From Eledone cirrhosa (taxonomy: Eukaryota): a stretch of DNA of 64,000 nt. The stretch is from positions 22,072,001 to 22,136,000 of the forward strand of contig OZ024746.1 in NCBI GenBank assembly GCA_964016885.1, written 5' to 3'. Below the pieces are notes generated by a model that was not told the DNA's origin, made no database searches, and saw only the letters and a program-made list of their open reading frames with translations. This document shows positions 13,045 to 26,065 of the stretch, piece by piece (within the stretch, counting starts at the first letter, position 1; each line of letters starts with the position of its first letter). A program made the position numbers and the translations under genes.

Positions 13045-13739
13045 CTTCTTTTCCTACTACATCAAGCGTTAAACTAATATATTTCTTCATTGTACTGTAT
13101 TGTTTGCTTTGTTGTTTCCATTTACTTTTTGCATACATAACCAACAACCCTAATCGCCAGCCCCTCATAGCATAGCATATAATTTTTGAAGTTGTTTGTT
13201 TAAATGCTTTATACCATCTGGTAAGGTCAGGCTAAGAATTGGGTATGAATAGCCCTATTTAGTTGTTGACCCCAGTGAAATTTATATCATGGACCTAATC
13301 ACAGATTTGCTAGATCAGGGGTAACCTCAATCTAATCAACAACAAGGGAGGACATATTGTATTAGTTACAGATAAACTTGTCTGAAAAGATAGGATGAGG
13401 ACTGAACCCAAGACCAAGTGACTGAAGTAAACTCCTTATTTACACAGCCATGCTTGCATCTAATAATAGGTTTTGTAGATCAAGGGTGTCTTTGATCTAA
13501 ATGACAGGGGAGGACATATTGTAATATGTAGCTACAGATAAATTGACTGAAAAGATAGGATGATCAGATATAGAATGTTTTATGTTTTTAATTGTAGATC
13601 TGCTGGATCAGGGCTGACCTTGGGTTAAACAACAACATTTGAAGTTAAGCTTTATTAGAATAATAAATTGTAAACTGATTTTAGATGGGTTAGGGAAGGA
13701 AATAGCTACTTTGTGGATGAACTAGGAAATAGAGTAGTT

Positions 13740-14130
13740 GCAGTTTTGTTGTTGCTGTTGTTGTCATGTTTTGTTGTTGTTATGATTGTATTGTTGTTGT
13801 TGGTTGTGGTGGTTATATTGTTGTTGGTGGTGGTGTTGTATTGTTTTTGTGGTATTGGTGTTGTCGTAGTGGTGTTGTGGTAGTGATGTTGGCGGTATTG
13901 TTGGTTTATGTGGTGTTGTTGTTGTTGGTGTTGTTGTTGTTGGTGTTGTTGTTGTATTGCTGTTGTTGTTGGTGTTGTGGTTGTATTGTTGTGGTTGTAT
14001 TGTTGTGGTTGTGTTGTTGTTGTTGTGGTGGTGTTGTGATGATTGTATTTTTGTTGGTGTTGTGGTGGTTGTATTGATGTTGATGTTGGTGGTGGTGTTG
14101 TGGTTGTGTTTTTGTTGTTGTTGTTGTATT
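13740..14130. repeat. Degenerate (GTT/GGT)n trinucleotide tract
   Basis: Direct inspection. Confidence 0.92.
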
Positions 14131-14558
14131 GACACAGATAGAAGGAGAGTGAGGTTATATAAATTAAGGAAAGTAGATAAATATAAATTAGAGAACAATC
14201 ATGTTAAATAGTCAGTGGTAATTAAAGCAGAGATAGGATAATCTGATAGCATCTCGTTAGCTGGTCTCGTTAGCTCAGTCTCTACTGCTGACTGTAATAC
14301 ATTAGCTAGGCTGCCATCGTCTTATTATGCATTAAGCTTGGATATTAATGTTGGATGTTAACTCTTAATATCCTCTACCACATGAAACAATGTTAGCAGT
14401 GAAAGACATTATGATTGCATCACATTAAATATTATAGTCTTTATTCTATCTAATGCAGCAAATTTTCCAAACAATCTGTTCGCTTGTAAAGATGCTATAA
14501 ACATTTAAATTATGAATTATGAAACCATATTAGCAAAACAGAGTAGTCCTGATTAGAG

Positions 14559-15063
14559 TGTCATTGATTATAGAGATATCTAATAAGCGGTTAAATGATT
14601 TGAACTGAGGTTAAATGACAACTGAAATGCTTTCTGAAATGTCTTTATTTCGGATTATGAATTATGAAACCACATTAGCAAAACATTTGAATTATGAATT
14701 ATGAAACCACATTAGCAAAACATTCGTGAAAAGTACAAAATAGCATTATCACTGCATCATATTAACATCCTGTACCACATGAAATCGTAATAGCAAGATA
14801 TTCTTGAAATGTACAAAACATCACTATGAATTCATCATATTAAAATTTAATGTTTTTTGCTTTAATAATGCAAGTAAAGATACTATAAATAGTTGAATTA
14901 ACAAATCTGTTTTTAGATATTTTATACTAAATCATTATAGACTGTCAAGAGTTAAGTACTTTTGGAATAAGGGCATTTCAGAAAGCATTTCAGTTGTCGT
15001 TTAACCTCGTTTAACGAACAAAATCATTTAACCTCTGATCAAATATATCTATAATCAATGACA
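14559..15063. repeat. Long imperfect inverted repeat (~95-100-bp arms), probably a MITE or foldback
   Basis: ~14559-14652 is the approximate reverse complement of ~14963-15063 (e.g. CAACTGAAATGCTTTCTGAAATG / CATTTCAGAAAGCATTTCAGTTG). Confidence 0.75.
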
Positions 15064-17832
15064 GTCTGTAAAAATCTTTTTACAGTCATAGTGTATCTAG
15101 GACTATATTATTTAATGTGCCATCACAGTGATGATATATTGAACAATATATCATCACATGACTTAGGGGTTAGAGAATTGGGTTCACAATTGTGATGTTG
15201 TGAGTTTGATTCCTGGACTGGGCAGTTCATTAAGTCCTTAAGTAAGTCATTTGATTCCACATTGCTCTTTCTGCCAGTCGTTGCAACTGGTAGATAATAT
15301 CAGCAATTTAAAGACCAATGGAAATATTGTTTTCTTGGTCTGATTTGACGAGTTCCACCCCACTTAGTAAGTGAATGAAGTCAGATCTCTATATTCCAAT
15401 CTTCACAGTTTTGATGTGAGGTGCCAAGGCTTCATAAAGAGGATGCATGGATATGAAAGATTGTAGGGTGTGAATTGAAGAAAACTTAGTCACTCAATAT
15501 GCAAGAAATGGTAACCATGTATATAGAAACTCCCTTGTTGACTCCATTCCATAATAGTGTAATTGTTTGATTGTTGTGATCTTTAACACCAGGTCAATCC
15601 TGATTGAGCAAACCTTATTATCAAAGGCATTCCAGCCATGTCAATCCAGTCTTTTTCCTATGGGCATGGAACCCAGGACTACATTATTCAGTGTTCTTAT
15701 TTTGAGGGAGACTGGGCTGCTATTTCTAACAGTTTCAGCAACCACAGAGATTTTTTTTTTATTGGCTCAATAATAGCTATACATGTTGTTTAATTCTTGG
15801 TTAATACTGATTAAGTAGACCTTATGATCTAAGGCATTCCAGCCATGGCCATCCAGTCTTTTTTCTTCTGAGCAGATAACCCAACCTAAGATTATATTGT
15901 CCATAATATCCAAAACACACCCAGTATGCTCTGTGAAATGGTTGGTGATAGGATGGTCATCCTTCCATAGAAAACCTGCCAAATAAAGATAGTCAGCAGG
16001 ACTCTTCAGCTATATCAAAGACAACAACTTCTCTAGTGTTGATGCCTTGATAAAATGCATTTGATATATCTGGGGATCATATGTTGGGGACCCCTGACTT
16101 GTTAGAGCAATTGATAGAGAACAAGAATATTTAAGAGGGGGCAGGGAAGGTGTGTACATGCTCCTGGCACACCTGGGGGTCAGTAGTGCTGCTTGAGTAG
16201 TGACTGGTTTGTGATGACACATCCTGCCCTTGCTAGTAGCAAAAACAAAAATTGAACAATAATGATGATAATGGTTTCTGATTTAGGCACAAGGCCAACA
16301 ATTTTGGGGGAGGGGAAAGTTGATTAAATTCACCCCTGTGCATTACTGGGACTTTACTTTATTGAGCTCATAAGGATGAGAAGCAAAGCGTAGCTTGTTA
16401 AAATTTGACCTCAGACCATAAAGGGGCGTAACTCTATGTCACGAAGCCTGTTGCCCGACGCTCTACCGATACTGCCAATAATGATGATAATGATTTATGA
16501 TGTTGTTGAGTGTGATTTAAGGGAGATTTCGCTGTTATTTCTAGCATTTTTGACGTTCACATAGTGGTTCCCTTTTTAGCTCCCTAGTAGTGAGGTGTTT
16601 AGAATATGTGAACCATTAAATATAAGATTATATGAAATAAAAACAAATATGAAAATAGGAACTACTTGACCTAAAAATGTCAAAAATGGAACAGAGGGGA
16701 GGAGGAAAGGGGTTGTGGTAGGTTCGGTGGTGGTTGTGGTGGTGGTTGTTGTGGTAATGGTGGTAGTGGTACAACACACTCACACATATATAAACATGCA
16801 TATACATATATGTATATACACACACACAGATACACAAACAGAGAGGAGAGAGGAAAGGGAAAAACATAATTGGACATATACAACCTAAACTGAATTAACA
16901 AACTAAAGGGTTAATTAATGAATGTATTGCTTAATTAAATATCTAATGATATTGAAGAGAATGTTAGATGAAAAGAATGCCATGAATGAGAAGAAGAAAG
17001 AATGATGAAAACATTTTAAAAGAAACCTGCATGAGAGGAGACCAAATATTTTCAACAAGGAAGCCACTATATGGTTGTTAAACTGCCTAGAAATAGCAGA
17101 CAATCTCCCTCAAATCACATCTGGTATCTAAGACCTCCATAGATCTACACATGGAAAGTTCCCCACCAAAGCTCAGGCCTTGGCTGTTTTTTTTTTCTTG
17201 TTGTTTTTTCTCCCCCAAATCACATATACAAATGTTGGATGAAAAGTTCATAGGTTGACTATGAAGGAGTGGTGCTAGCACATGCATTAATTTCAACTCT
17301 TCTTATTAATAACTGCATTATTTTTTCAAGGGACCACGATGAAAAATAAACTTCATTTGGTAGTTCCATTAGAGTATCTTGGTCTGCCTCTGTACTTTTC
17401 AGCTGGCCCTCATATCTTGTGAGATTATAGATTTACACATGGAAAGTTCCTTACCTAAGTTCAAGCTTTGGCTGTCTTTGTTTATTTATGGAAGACTAGC
17501 AGTCAATCAACCATGCATATAAATCTCTCCAGAGAGTGGAAAGATATTCAAATACCAGGATATCTTGACTGACCACTTCCTTTTCATGTTGGTCACTGTC
17601 AAGATCTCTCAGTGTCCAGACTACAGTTTTCCTCTGAAAAATTGGGAGCAGTGCATCCTGCCTAAGGAAGGAGCTCCCATGAAGTGAAGTGGCTGGTACA
17701 GTGGGTGTTGCTGGCTATTCCTAGCAGCAATGCTTTCACCATTTTGTCCAAGAGACACAACTGAGATATACCACCCATCCAAGGCTGTAACGTTTACCTC
17801 TCCCTTCTTCCTTGCCCCTTTTTTCTTTTCAT

Positions 17833-18019
17833 TGCGGATTGGCAGTATCGGTGGAGGGTCGGACGCCATGCTTTCCAGCATAGTTACGTCCCTTTATGAT
17901 CTGAGTTCAAATCCCGCCGAGGTTGACTTTGCCTTTCATCCTTACGGGGTCGATAAAATAAAGTACCAGTAATGCACTGGGTAATTGCTGGCCTTGTGCC
18001 TAAAGTAGAAACAATTATT
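17833..18019 (+). mobile_element. SINE family A
   Basis: Near-identical to 21739-21926. Confidence 0.92.
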
Positions 18020-18583
18020 TAACCTCCTCCTCTCCCTTTTCTCTTTTCATGTTCATTTTAATCCTATTACTTTAAATACTTTCATCATTGCTACTTCTCT
18101 TCACTAATATATCAAGTTGTTACCTCAATTCATGGAGGCATGTGGTGAGTGAGTAGGATTTTTGTAGCAGGTGATGTGTTATGTCATGTTGCTGATGTGT
18201 TATGTCATGTGGCTCTTTCTGCCAGGAGTTGTGAGCCATAGATAGTATCAGCAATGGAAACATTGTTTCCTTGGTCCGATTTGACAGGTTCTACCCCACT
18301 TGATAAGCAAATGAGGTCTGAGATCTTATTCGTTGTATCCACCACACCACATCTATATAGAGATATAATTATACTGCTGTTCATCTATTCTGTATATAAA
18401 CGAATATAACTGTACTTTCTACCATCAGCCAGTGACAGCAACAGCCTGTGTTACTCTGAGCAGTCCTTCAGTCCCACGAGAAATACAACTAATATACATC
18501 AAAAGTGATGCCTAAGAATAAATTTTGTATTGTTCTTACTCTCTTTATGATGATGATGATCATCATCATTATTATCACCACCA

Positions 18584-18769
18584 GGGTGAATAGGCAGTAT
18601 CGGTAGAGGGTCGGATGCCTTGCTTTGACGCATAGAGTTACGGCCTTTGCCATTCTGAGTTCAAATCCCGCCGAGGTTAACTTTGCCTTTCATCCTTACG
18701 GGGGGTCGATAAAATAAAGTACCAGTAATGTACTGGGTAATTACTGGCCTTGTGCCAATAGTAGAAACA
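18584..18769 (+). mobile_element. SINE family A
   Basis: 16-bp TSD ATTATTATCACCACCA at 18568-18583 and 18770-18785. Confidence 0.92.
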
Positions 18770-19667
18770 ATTATTATCACCACCACCTCATTTACTGTCA
18801 TCATCATTATCATCACCACCATTGTTGCAGTCATCACTGCCATCACTGTCACCATCATCATCTTTGTTGATGAATTTCTGATTAAGAAAAACAAAAAAAC
18901 CCTTCTTAGTTTCCTGTTCCATAACTTCATTTTATAAATAAATTGAAATAAATGTTGTTCTCATTTTCTAAAAATATAGTGGAATATACTAAACACATTT
19001 TTCCACAATACTGGGTGGAGCAATTTTTTTACTTTTCTTCCTGTTTTCTTCAGATTCAGTGTCAATTGTTTTTTCTTCTGGTTAAAATATTTCCATTTTC
19101 ACCAGAAGCTATCTTTCTGTTTAATCAGAGTTGGACTATTTCAATTAGATAAACAAGCCATAAATATTTTCACACAACTCCTCCATTATCTGATGCAGCG
19201 TAATAAAGAGTTAAGTCTATCAACTTATTGCCAATCATAAACTTACTGTCCATTGCTATAATTAGCCTTGATATCACTGATACACTGATAAATATCTAAA
19301 TCTTTCTATTTTAAGAGTCCTTCCCTGCCGGTGGGGGTCAAACCCATCTCTCTGTCTATCCATCTCTATTTACTTGTTTCAAACAACTCATTTATTAACA
19401 CAGTATAGTATTTTTAGTAAATAAACAGGTTAAGTATTAAACCTTTTTCTAGAGCTACACCATATTATCCTGACCATCTTTATGATACACCATATAGCAT
19501 TATCATCATTATTGTTTAACATCTGCCTTCCCTGTTAGCAATGCTTATTTATTTTAACCTTTTTGTTAGATTTCTGCTTATGATTTTCAAATAATTTTGA
19601 AAATAATCATTCATTTGGGGATATATATATATGTGTGTGTGTGTGTGTGAGTATGTAAATGATATAT

Positions 19668-19997
19668 ACATGGCTTAGTGGTTAGAGCATTGGCCTTGCA
19701 ATCGAAAGGTTGTGAGTTCAATTCTCAGACCGGGTGATGTGTTGTTTCCTTGAGCAGGACACTTTATTTCACATTGCTCCAGTTTACTCAGCTGTAGAAA
19801 TGAGATGATAGGAACTGGGGTTCCTATCATTCCACTGCAAAGTGGTCGTGGAGGTGCCACGGCAAAAAAGCACCCAGCACTCACTGTAAATGAGGTTGGT
19901 GTTAGGAAGGGCATCCAGCTGTAGAAATCAAGCCAGAGTCAGTTCCCGTCCCACCCTTGCAAGCAGGGAAAAAGCAGACGTAAAATGAAATGATGAT
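19668..19997 (+). mobile_element. CORE-type SINE family B with RTE-like tail
   Basis: tRNA-like head TGGCTTAGTGGTTAGAGC, B-box, CORE-like block, tail ending GACGTAAAATGAAATGATGAT. Confidence 0.9.
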
Positions 19998-20050
19998 ATA
20001 TATATATATTTGGCCGGAGTATCGCTAAAAGCTTTCTCCGATAATGTATT

Positions 20051-20081
<31 letters not shown>

Positions 20082-20213
20082 ATATATCCTGCCATGAGCG
20101 ACTTTGTATTTCATCTTTGTTGGAAGTGGAGAGAGAATAGTGACAGATGATAAAATAGTGAATGGAAATAAAATCACAATAAATAGATATTGGACTTTTG
20201 TCATCAGTAATAA

Positions 20214-20357
20214 TTGTTTCTACGTTAGGCACAAGGCCAGCAATTACCCAGTGTATTACTGGTACTTTATTTTATCGACCCCGTAAGGATGAAAGGTAAA
20301 GTTAACCTCGGTGGGATTTGAACTTTGTCATATCCCGCCGAGGTTAACTTTACCTTC
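20214..20357 (-). mobile_element. Truncated SINE A with an inverted internal duplication
   Basis: Reverse 3' half followed by a plus-strand copy ATCCCGCCGAGGTTAACTTTACCTTC; TCAGTAATAAT on both sides. Confidence 0.8.
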
Positions 20358-20407
20358 AGTAATAATAGCAATAGCATTGAACTTATTTAATTCTTGTAAT
20401 TCAGGAT

Positions 20408-20700
20408 TGTAGGTGGCAAATTGTCGAATAGAGTGCTTTGTGGCATTTGTTCCAACTCTCTGCGCTCTGAGTTTCAATCATTTTGAGGTTGATAAAAAAT
20501 ACCAGTCTAATACTGGGGACCATTCTTCCTTTATATCTCTTTATCACTTTCCTTCTTTCACTTTCTATCCTTCTCTGGAAGAAATCTGCTATACTCAGAC
20601 CTGGAGAGGGATAGGCTGAGCCAGGTTTAAAATGCCTAAGAAATGTCATATGTCAACATGGCGCCCCTATGACTCCACTAGGTGTTACAGAACCATACCA
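20408..20700 (+). mobile_element. Older SINE (A-like head, different tail)
   Basis: Homologous to ~41950-42290 and partly ~5210-5470 (shared GGAGAGGGATAGG..CCAGG and TATGACTCCACTAGG segments). Confidence 0.6.
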
Positions 20701-21016
20701 GGATTAGTAAATCATATGTAACAGGATTACATATCTAATTAAAAGATGTGTATCTATCCAATGTATTCTTCCATTTTTTAAGACAGCAGGATGTGATATG
20801 AGGATAATTTGGCTGTTTTTTCTATCAGTTTGAGCAATACCATTTAGAGGAATCCTTGAGTTTGAACTAGGTAACTGGAAGCCACTCTGAAATTAACTGT
20901 TCATGTTCTTGTTTAGTCCCAACTTAGCTCTGATTGAACAGGCCTGTGATCAAAAGTACAGTCTATTCAGATATATTATTGTTAGTGACTCCCATATTCA
21001 TCTAATCCTCATATAA

Positions 21017-21204
21017 TTGTTTTTACTTTTGGCACAAGGCCAGCAATTACCCAGTGCATTACTGGTACTTTATTTTATCAACCTGTTAAGGATGAAAGGC
21101 AAAGTTAGCCTCGGCGGGATTTGAACTCAGACCATAATGTGCCGTAACTCTTTGCTGCAAAGCATGGTGTCTGACTCTCTACCGATACTGCCAATCCACC
21201 ACCC
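21017..21204 (-). mobile_element. SINE family A
   Basis: Full reverse copy. Confidence 0.9.
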
Positions 21205-21688
21205 CTTATATAATTGCACAAAGATGATGACACACTAAAGTTCAACATCTGTTCCAATATCTGTAGCCATGATCCTCATATCCCTTGGGTCCATGTACGA
21301 CAGCACCATCCTTTAGATATGTGGGTAGCTCAGAACTCTACATGCCTTCTTGGTTCTCCCTCAATCTTCAATAATAGGCATATGCTTACTCTACCCCTGT
21401 TGGGAGAGCATATATCCTGCCAAAAACATACATCAGCCAGGACTCGCACCAACTTCTCTTTCATAGGCATATAAAAACCTTCTGCTGGGAGTGGGGTTGT
21501 AGAAAGAGGTCATTTTATTTCAAGTTCATTTTAAAGTAAATTTCTCAAGGAATGATGTACTTTCTTTTGTTAGCTGTCTTCCACATTTTTTTTTTTTTTC
21601 CTTAAATTAACCCATGTCTTATGTCTCTTTTTGGTTTGTGATACTAGCAAAAGATGAGTTGATATTAGTGATTTTGTTATCTTTTTAA

Positions 21689-22096
21689 CCCTTTAGCATT
21701 TACATTACTCTATATATACTATTATATTTTCACATAATAAGGGTGGTGGATTGGCAGTATCGGTAGAGGGTCGGACGCCATGCTTTCCAGCATAGTTACG
21801 TCCCTTTATGATCTGAGTTCAAATCCCGCCGAGGTTGACTTTGCCTTTCATCCTTACGGGGTCGATAAAATAAAGTACCAGTAATGCACTGGGTAATTTG
21901 CTGGCCTTGTGCCTAAAGTAGAAACAATTATATTTTCACATAATTATCTCTCATAATATCGAATCTATGAGATTTTGATATTATTTATTTTGAGAACAAT
22001 ACCTTAGCGTTGTTATGAGTGGACGGTTACAGGTGGTTTAAATAGAAAGCGGTGAGACAATTCTGACTGGGTACAGCTAGTTTAAATGCTAAAGGG
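21689..22096. mobile_element. piggyBac-like MITE (TTAA TSD) containing a SINE A insertion
   Basis: TTAA|CCCTTTAGCATTTA ... TAAATGCTAAAGGG|TTAA perfect TIRs. Confidence 0.85.
21739..21926 (+). mobile_element. SINE family A nested in the MITE
   Basis: 18-bp TSD ATTATATTTTCACATAAT at 21721-21738 and 21927-21944. Confidence 0.93.
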
Positions 22097-23027
22097 TTAA
22101 ATTTGAGTTTTCCATTTTTTTTTTTTTTATATTTGTAACTATCATTTTGTGCTTATGATTTTGTCTTTTATTCAATTATAATTTTTTTTACTGATTTTTT
22201 TTATTTTTTTTAAAACTGTTTCTATGTCTGCAAAACATTAGTGGGTGGTGTGGGTAGCTGGTGTAGGTGAATAGTGTACTCACTACTACAACCATTGTGG
22301 TTACTAAAGAGGTGACATTATCATCCCAATAACAAGTGGTTACTTGCCAAAATATATGTACTGAATAAAATGTTTAAGGGGGTAAAGTTTCTTTTGTATC
22401 CCAGGTAATGCGGGGGATGGGGGGGGGTCATATATTTGAAACCCTCTTTTGATGAAAAAAAAACACAAAAAAACACAAAAAAAAACAAAAAAAAAACAAA
22501 ACTAACTAAACTAAAAATAAAACTTTCTTTTTTGTTAGGTAATCCTTGTAACAATGGGGAGTTCTTGACATTGACATGGAGCTGACTGGTGGCTTCAACT
22601 TTCAATAACAACAACAACAACAATAACAACAACAACAATAATAATAATACTATGGTGTAAAATTGGAATTCTTTTATGTTTAAAGAACCATGAAGGGGTA
22701 AAGAAAGTATTTTCAATAGTTGTCTTCAATGAAAACTAAGTATAAAGTATTGACTTAATACACCTTGCTATCTTACCCCTCACCAGCAGCCCACCTGCCC
22801 TACCCCACCAACATATGCTGTTTAGAAATATAAACAGATTTTGGAGGTTTTGTTTTTGTTTCCATTCTGAACTGATTCACAACCTTTCATAAAGACAACA
22901 ATGGACCACAGCCACCCCATTTTATCCACCCATTTATCCACCCCCTTATATCGACAATATAACTATTAATCTATTTCTACTGAATGACAAGCATAAAACT
23001 TGACAATAAGTGACAATGATACATACT

Positions 23028-23160
23028 GTAGTAGTAGTAATACTAGTAGTACTAGTGGTAGTAGTACTGGTGGTGGTGGTAGTAGTAGTGGTGGTGGTGG
23101 TAGTAGTGGTGGTGGTGGTGGTAGTAGTAGTGGTGGTAGTGGTGGTGGTAGTAGTAATAG
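23028..23160. repeat. (GTA/GGT)n trinucleotide microsatellite
   Basis: Direct inspection. Confidence 0.95.
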
Positions 23161-23996
23161 TGAGTTCTGTATGTATATTATTTATAAGATGTATAGGCCC
23201 TATGGTCAAGCTTGTACCATTTTAATGGTGAAATTGGAAATTACTCCTGGGTCTCCTGCCGATTGGTTTTGCTTGTAAAATTTGTCGATGAGCTCAGCTG
23301 GTCTTACTTGGGGATCCAGTCGGGTCAATTGAGATGGTTGCTTCTGCCCCCACGACCCCTTCTGGAATAAGTGGGTGAAGATGAAGATGACTTTAGAAAT
23401 TAAAATCATATGGTGCATATTTTTACCATTAACCACCTGTAATGGGGAGGGGGTTACCGTTAACAACCTGGTGTGTGTGTGGGGGGGGGGCACAGTTATA
23501 CCTTGATTGATGTGTGGGGAGGTAGATTGGAGATGTGGAAGAAAAAAAACAATATAAATATAAATAAGAATACTAAGAAAAAAATGGAAATGAAACATCT
23601 TTTGTCACCATCCTCATCATTTCATGATGTGTGCTACATGTCATGAAGTGGTTGGCATTAGCAAGGGCGTCCAGTCATAAACTATGTGAAAATGGAATGC
23701 ATGAGTAAGACATGGTCACCTGACCTGTTTGACTAGTTTCAGAATGTGACAACCTGTTTAACCTATTTAACATATTAAACATATACATGGAAAATTAATG
23801 CCCTTCCTATCACCAACCATTTTACAATGTGTACTGAGTGCACTTATCGTGTAGATGACCAACACGAGGGAAGTTATTGTGTCCTTGACACAACTGAAGG
23901 GTCCTCCCAATTCTTTGTTTGGCAAGCCATCTACGGCCAAATGCTCTTCCCATCACCGACCACCAGTTCAGTGCGTATATATATATATATGTATAT

Positions 23997-24337
23997 GGAG
24001 GCACATGGCTTAGTGGTTAGAGCATTGGCCTTGCAATCAAAAGGTTGTGAGTTCAATTCTCAGACCGGGTGATGTGTTGTTTCCTTGAGCAAGACACTTT
24101 ATTTTCACATTGCTCCAGTTTACTCAGCTGTAGAAATGAGATGATAGGGACTGGGGTCCATATAATTCCACTGCAAAGTGTTCGTGGAGGTGCCACGGCA
24201 AAAAGCACGCAGCACTCACTGTAAATGAGGTTGGTGTTAGGAAGGGCATCCAGCTGTAGAAATCAAGCCAGAATCAGTTCCCGTCCCACCCTTGCAAGCA
24301 GGGAAAAGCGGACGTAAAATGATGATGATGATGATGA
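23997..24337 (+). mobile_element. Full-length CORE-type SINE family B
   Basis: Starts GGAGGCACATGGCTTAGTGG, ends (GAT)n; inserted in (TA)n. Confidence 0.92.
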
Positions 24338-24818
24338 TACATATATATATATATATATATACACACATCAAGAATCAACAGTGGCAACATGTAAAGATGT
24401 ATACTTTGTGTTTACATTTCTATCAGAATGAGCAGGAAGTCTTTTAAGACAAATGTAAATTGTCTTGTAGTAATTATTGGTGTTTTTTGCCGTAGTTTTT
24501 CTTATGGCTTTGTCGAAGGAGGAAGGGCTGTGCCCATAACCTTGTGCAGAGCTTCCGAAACTGGGAGGAGGAAGGGAGGAAGTTATTTTCATACAGAAGA
24601 CAAAACCCAAATGCTTCCAAAAGAAAAAATTCTACAAAATGCACTCAAAGGCCAGGTGGTGGTTGACTTAATCCATTTAGTGGCGTCCATGCTGTCCCAA
24701 GCTTTCAGACCTTGTCTCAGATGCTTTAGTTGTGTCCACTCATTCAGGCTACGTGTCCAGTTTGAGGATACCCTGGTAAGGGCCATAAACACAGCCCTTC
24801 CTTCTATGATTAAATAAT

Positions 24819-25005
24819 TGTTTCTACTATTGGCACAAGGCCAGCAATTACCCAGTACATTACTGGTACTTTATTTTATCGACCCCATAAGGATGAAAGG
24901 CAAAGTTAACCTCGGCGGGATTTGAACTCAGAATGGCAAGGGCCGTAACTCTATGCGTCAAAGCATGGCGTCCGACCCTCTACCGATACTGCCAATCCAC
25001 CGCCA
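24819..25005 (-). mobile_element. SINE family A
   Basis: 16-bp TSD TCTATGATTAAATAAT at 24803-24818 and 25006-25021. Confidence 0.93.
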
Positions 25006-25242
25006 TCTATGATTAAATAATAAAATATAAAACATTCAAAAATAAAAAAAACTGTAACAGATTAACTCTATTATGCAAGAAATGTGTTAAAATTAGAAAT
25101 TATGTTAATTAAATTATTCAACATCCTTGTGAGTGTATGAGAGCATGTGTGTGCATATATATATATTACCATTTTACGCCTGTTTGCATAAATAATCTGA
25201 AAGAAAGAAATTTATATAAAACATCTGTTATAAACCTTTTCA

Positions 25243-25283
<41 letters not shown>

Positions 25284-25869
25284 AGGGCTCCCTCCCTGGG
25301 TTAGTGATCTACATTAACTAGACCCAACTTAATGTAAATCTCTGACATCCATTCACCTAGCCTCTTCCTCTAGCTTTCATTCTTTCTCTCTCAGATTCTC
25401 TCTCTCTGTTATTTATATTAAAATTGCATTTGTATTATTTTTTACAAGTCCAGAAATTTTGGAAGAAGGGAACTTTCGATTATATTGACCAGTACTTGTA
25501 TTTTATCAACCCTAGAATCTAACATGGCTACAAATTACTTTGTGTAATTATAACTACTCCTGTCTATTATATATACTAGCAGAAAAACAACCCTTCGGGT
25601 GGTTTTCTGCTAGCATGTGTAGTGTGTATATTGATATTATACACAGGTATATATCCATGTAGATATGATACATCAAATAAAATCGTAATTGACAATATAT
25701 AATACATATATAATACATATATAATACAATATATAATACATAAAAATAAAGATGCCTATACTCTACTAACATATAGGATACCAAGATACCATTTTTAACT
25801 CTGGCCATCTCCCAATACACATCAGGAATCCATCCATCTATTATATATATATATATATATACGATATTA

Positions 25870-26065
25870 ACAAATGGAAACTATATTTATAAAACCATAT
25901 TTATTTCATTATACATATTTCAAGGATACCATGTTAAATTATGGTGTGCTTTCATCAGATAAAATAAATATTGACATACCCTTAAAGAATGCAACCATTA
26001 CTGTTGGAAGCTTGAAATATGTATAATGAAATAAATATGGTTTTATAAATATAGTTTCCATTTGT
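25870..26065. repeat. Perfect 55-bp inverted repeat with an 86-nt spacer (Penelope-like remnant)
   Basis: 25870-25924 is the exact reverse complement of 26011-26065; hammerhead-like core on the minus strand. Confidence 0.9.

Noticed and set aside
17489-17510. miR-7-like TGGAAGACTAG
   Set aside because: Only the first 11 nt match, and no precursor hairpin is apparent.
23997-24075. tRNA genes (also ~30040-30110 and SINE A heads)
   Set aside because: A/B boxes are present but there is no closing acceptor stem, and they run into SINE bodies.
24428-24817. 129-aa ORF or possible exon 24721-24775 (CAG...CTG|GTAAGG)
   Set aside because: No recognisable protein similarity, weak acceptor and no partner exons.
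25577-25612. Terminator-like hairpin CTAGCAGAAAA...TTTTCTGCTAG
   Set aside because: Eukaryotic context; more likely a small transposon (possibly Helitron-end) remnant.
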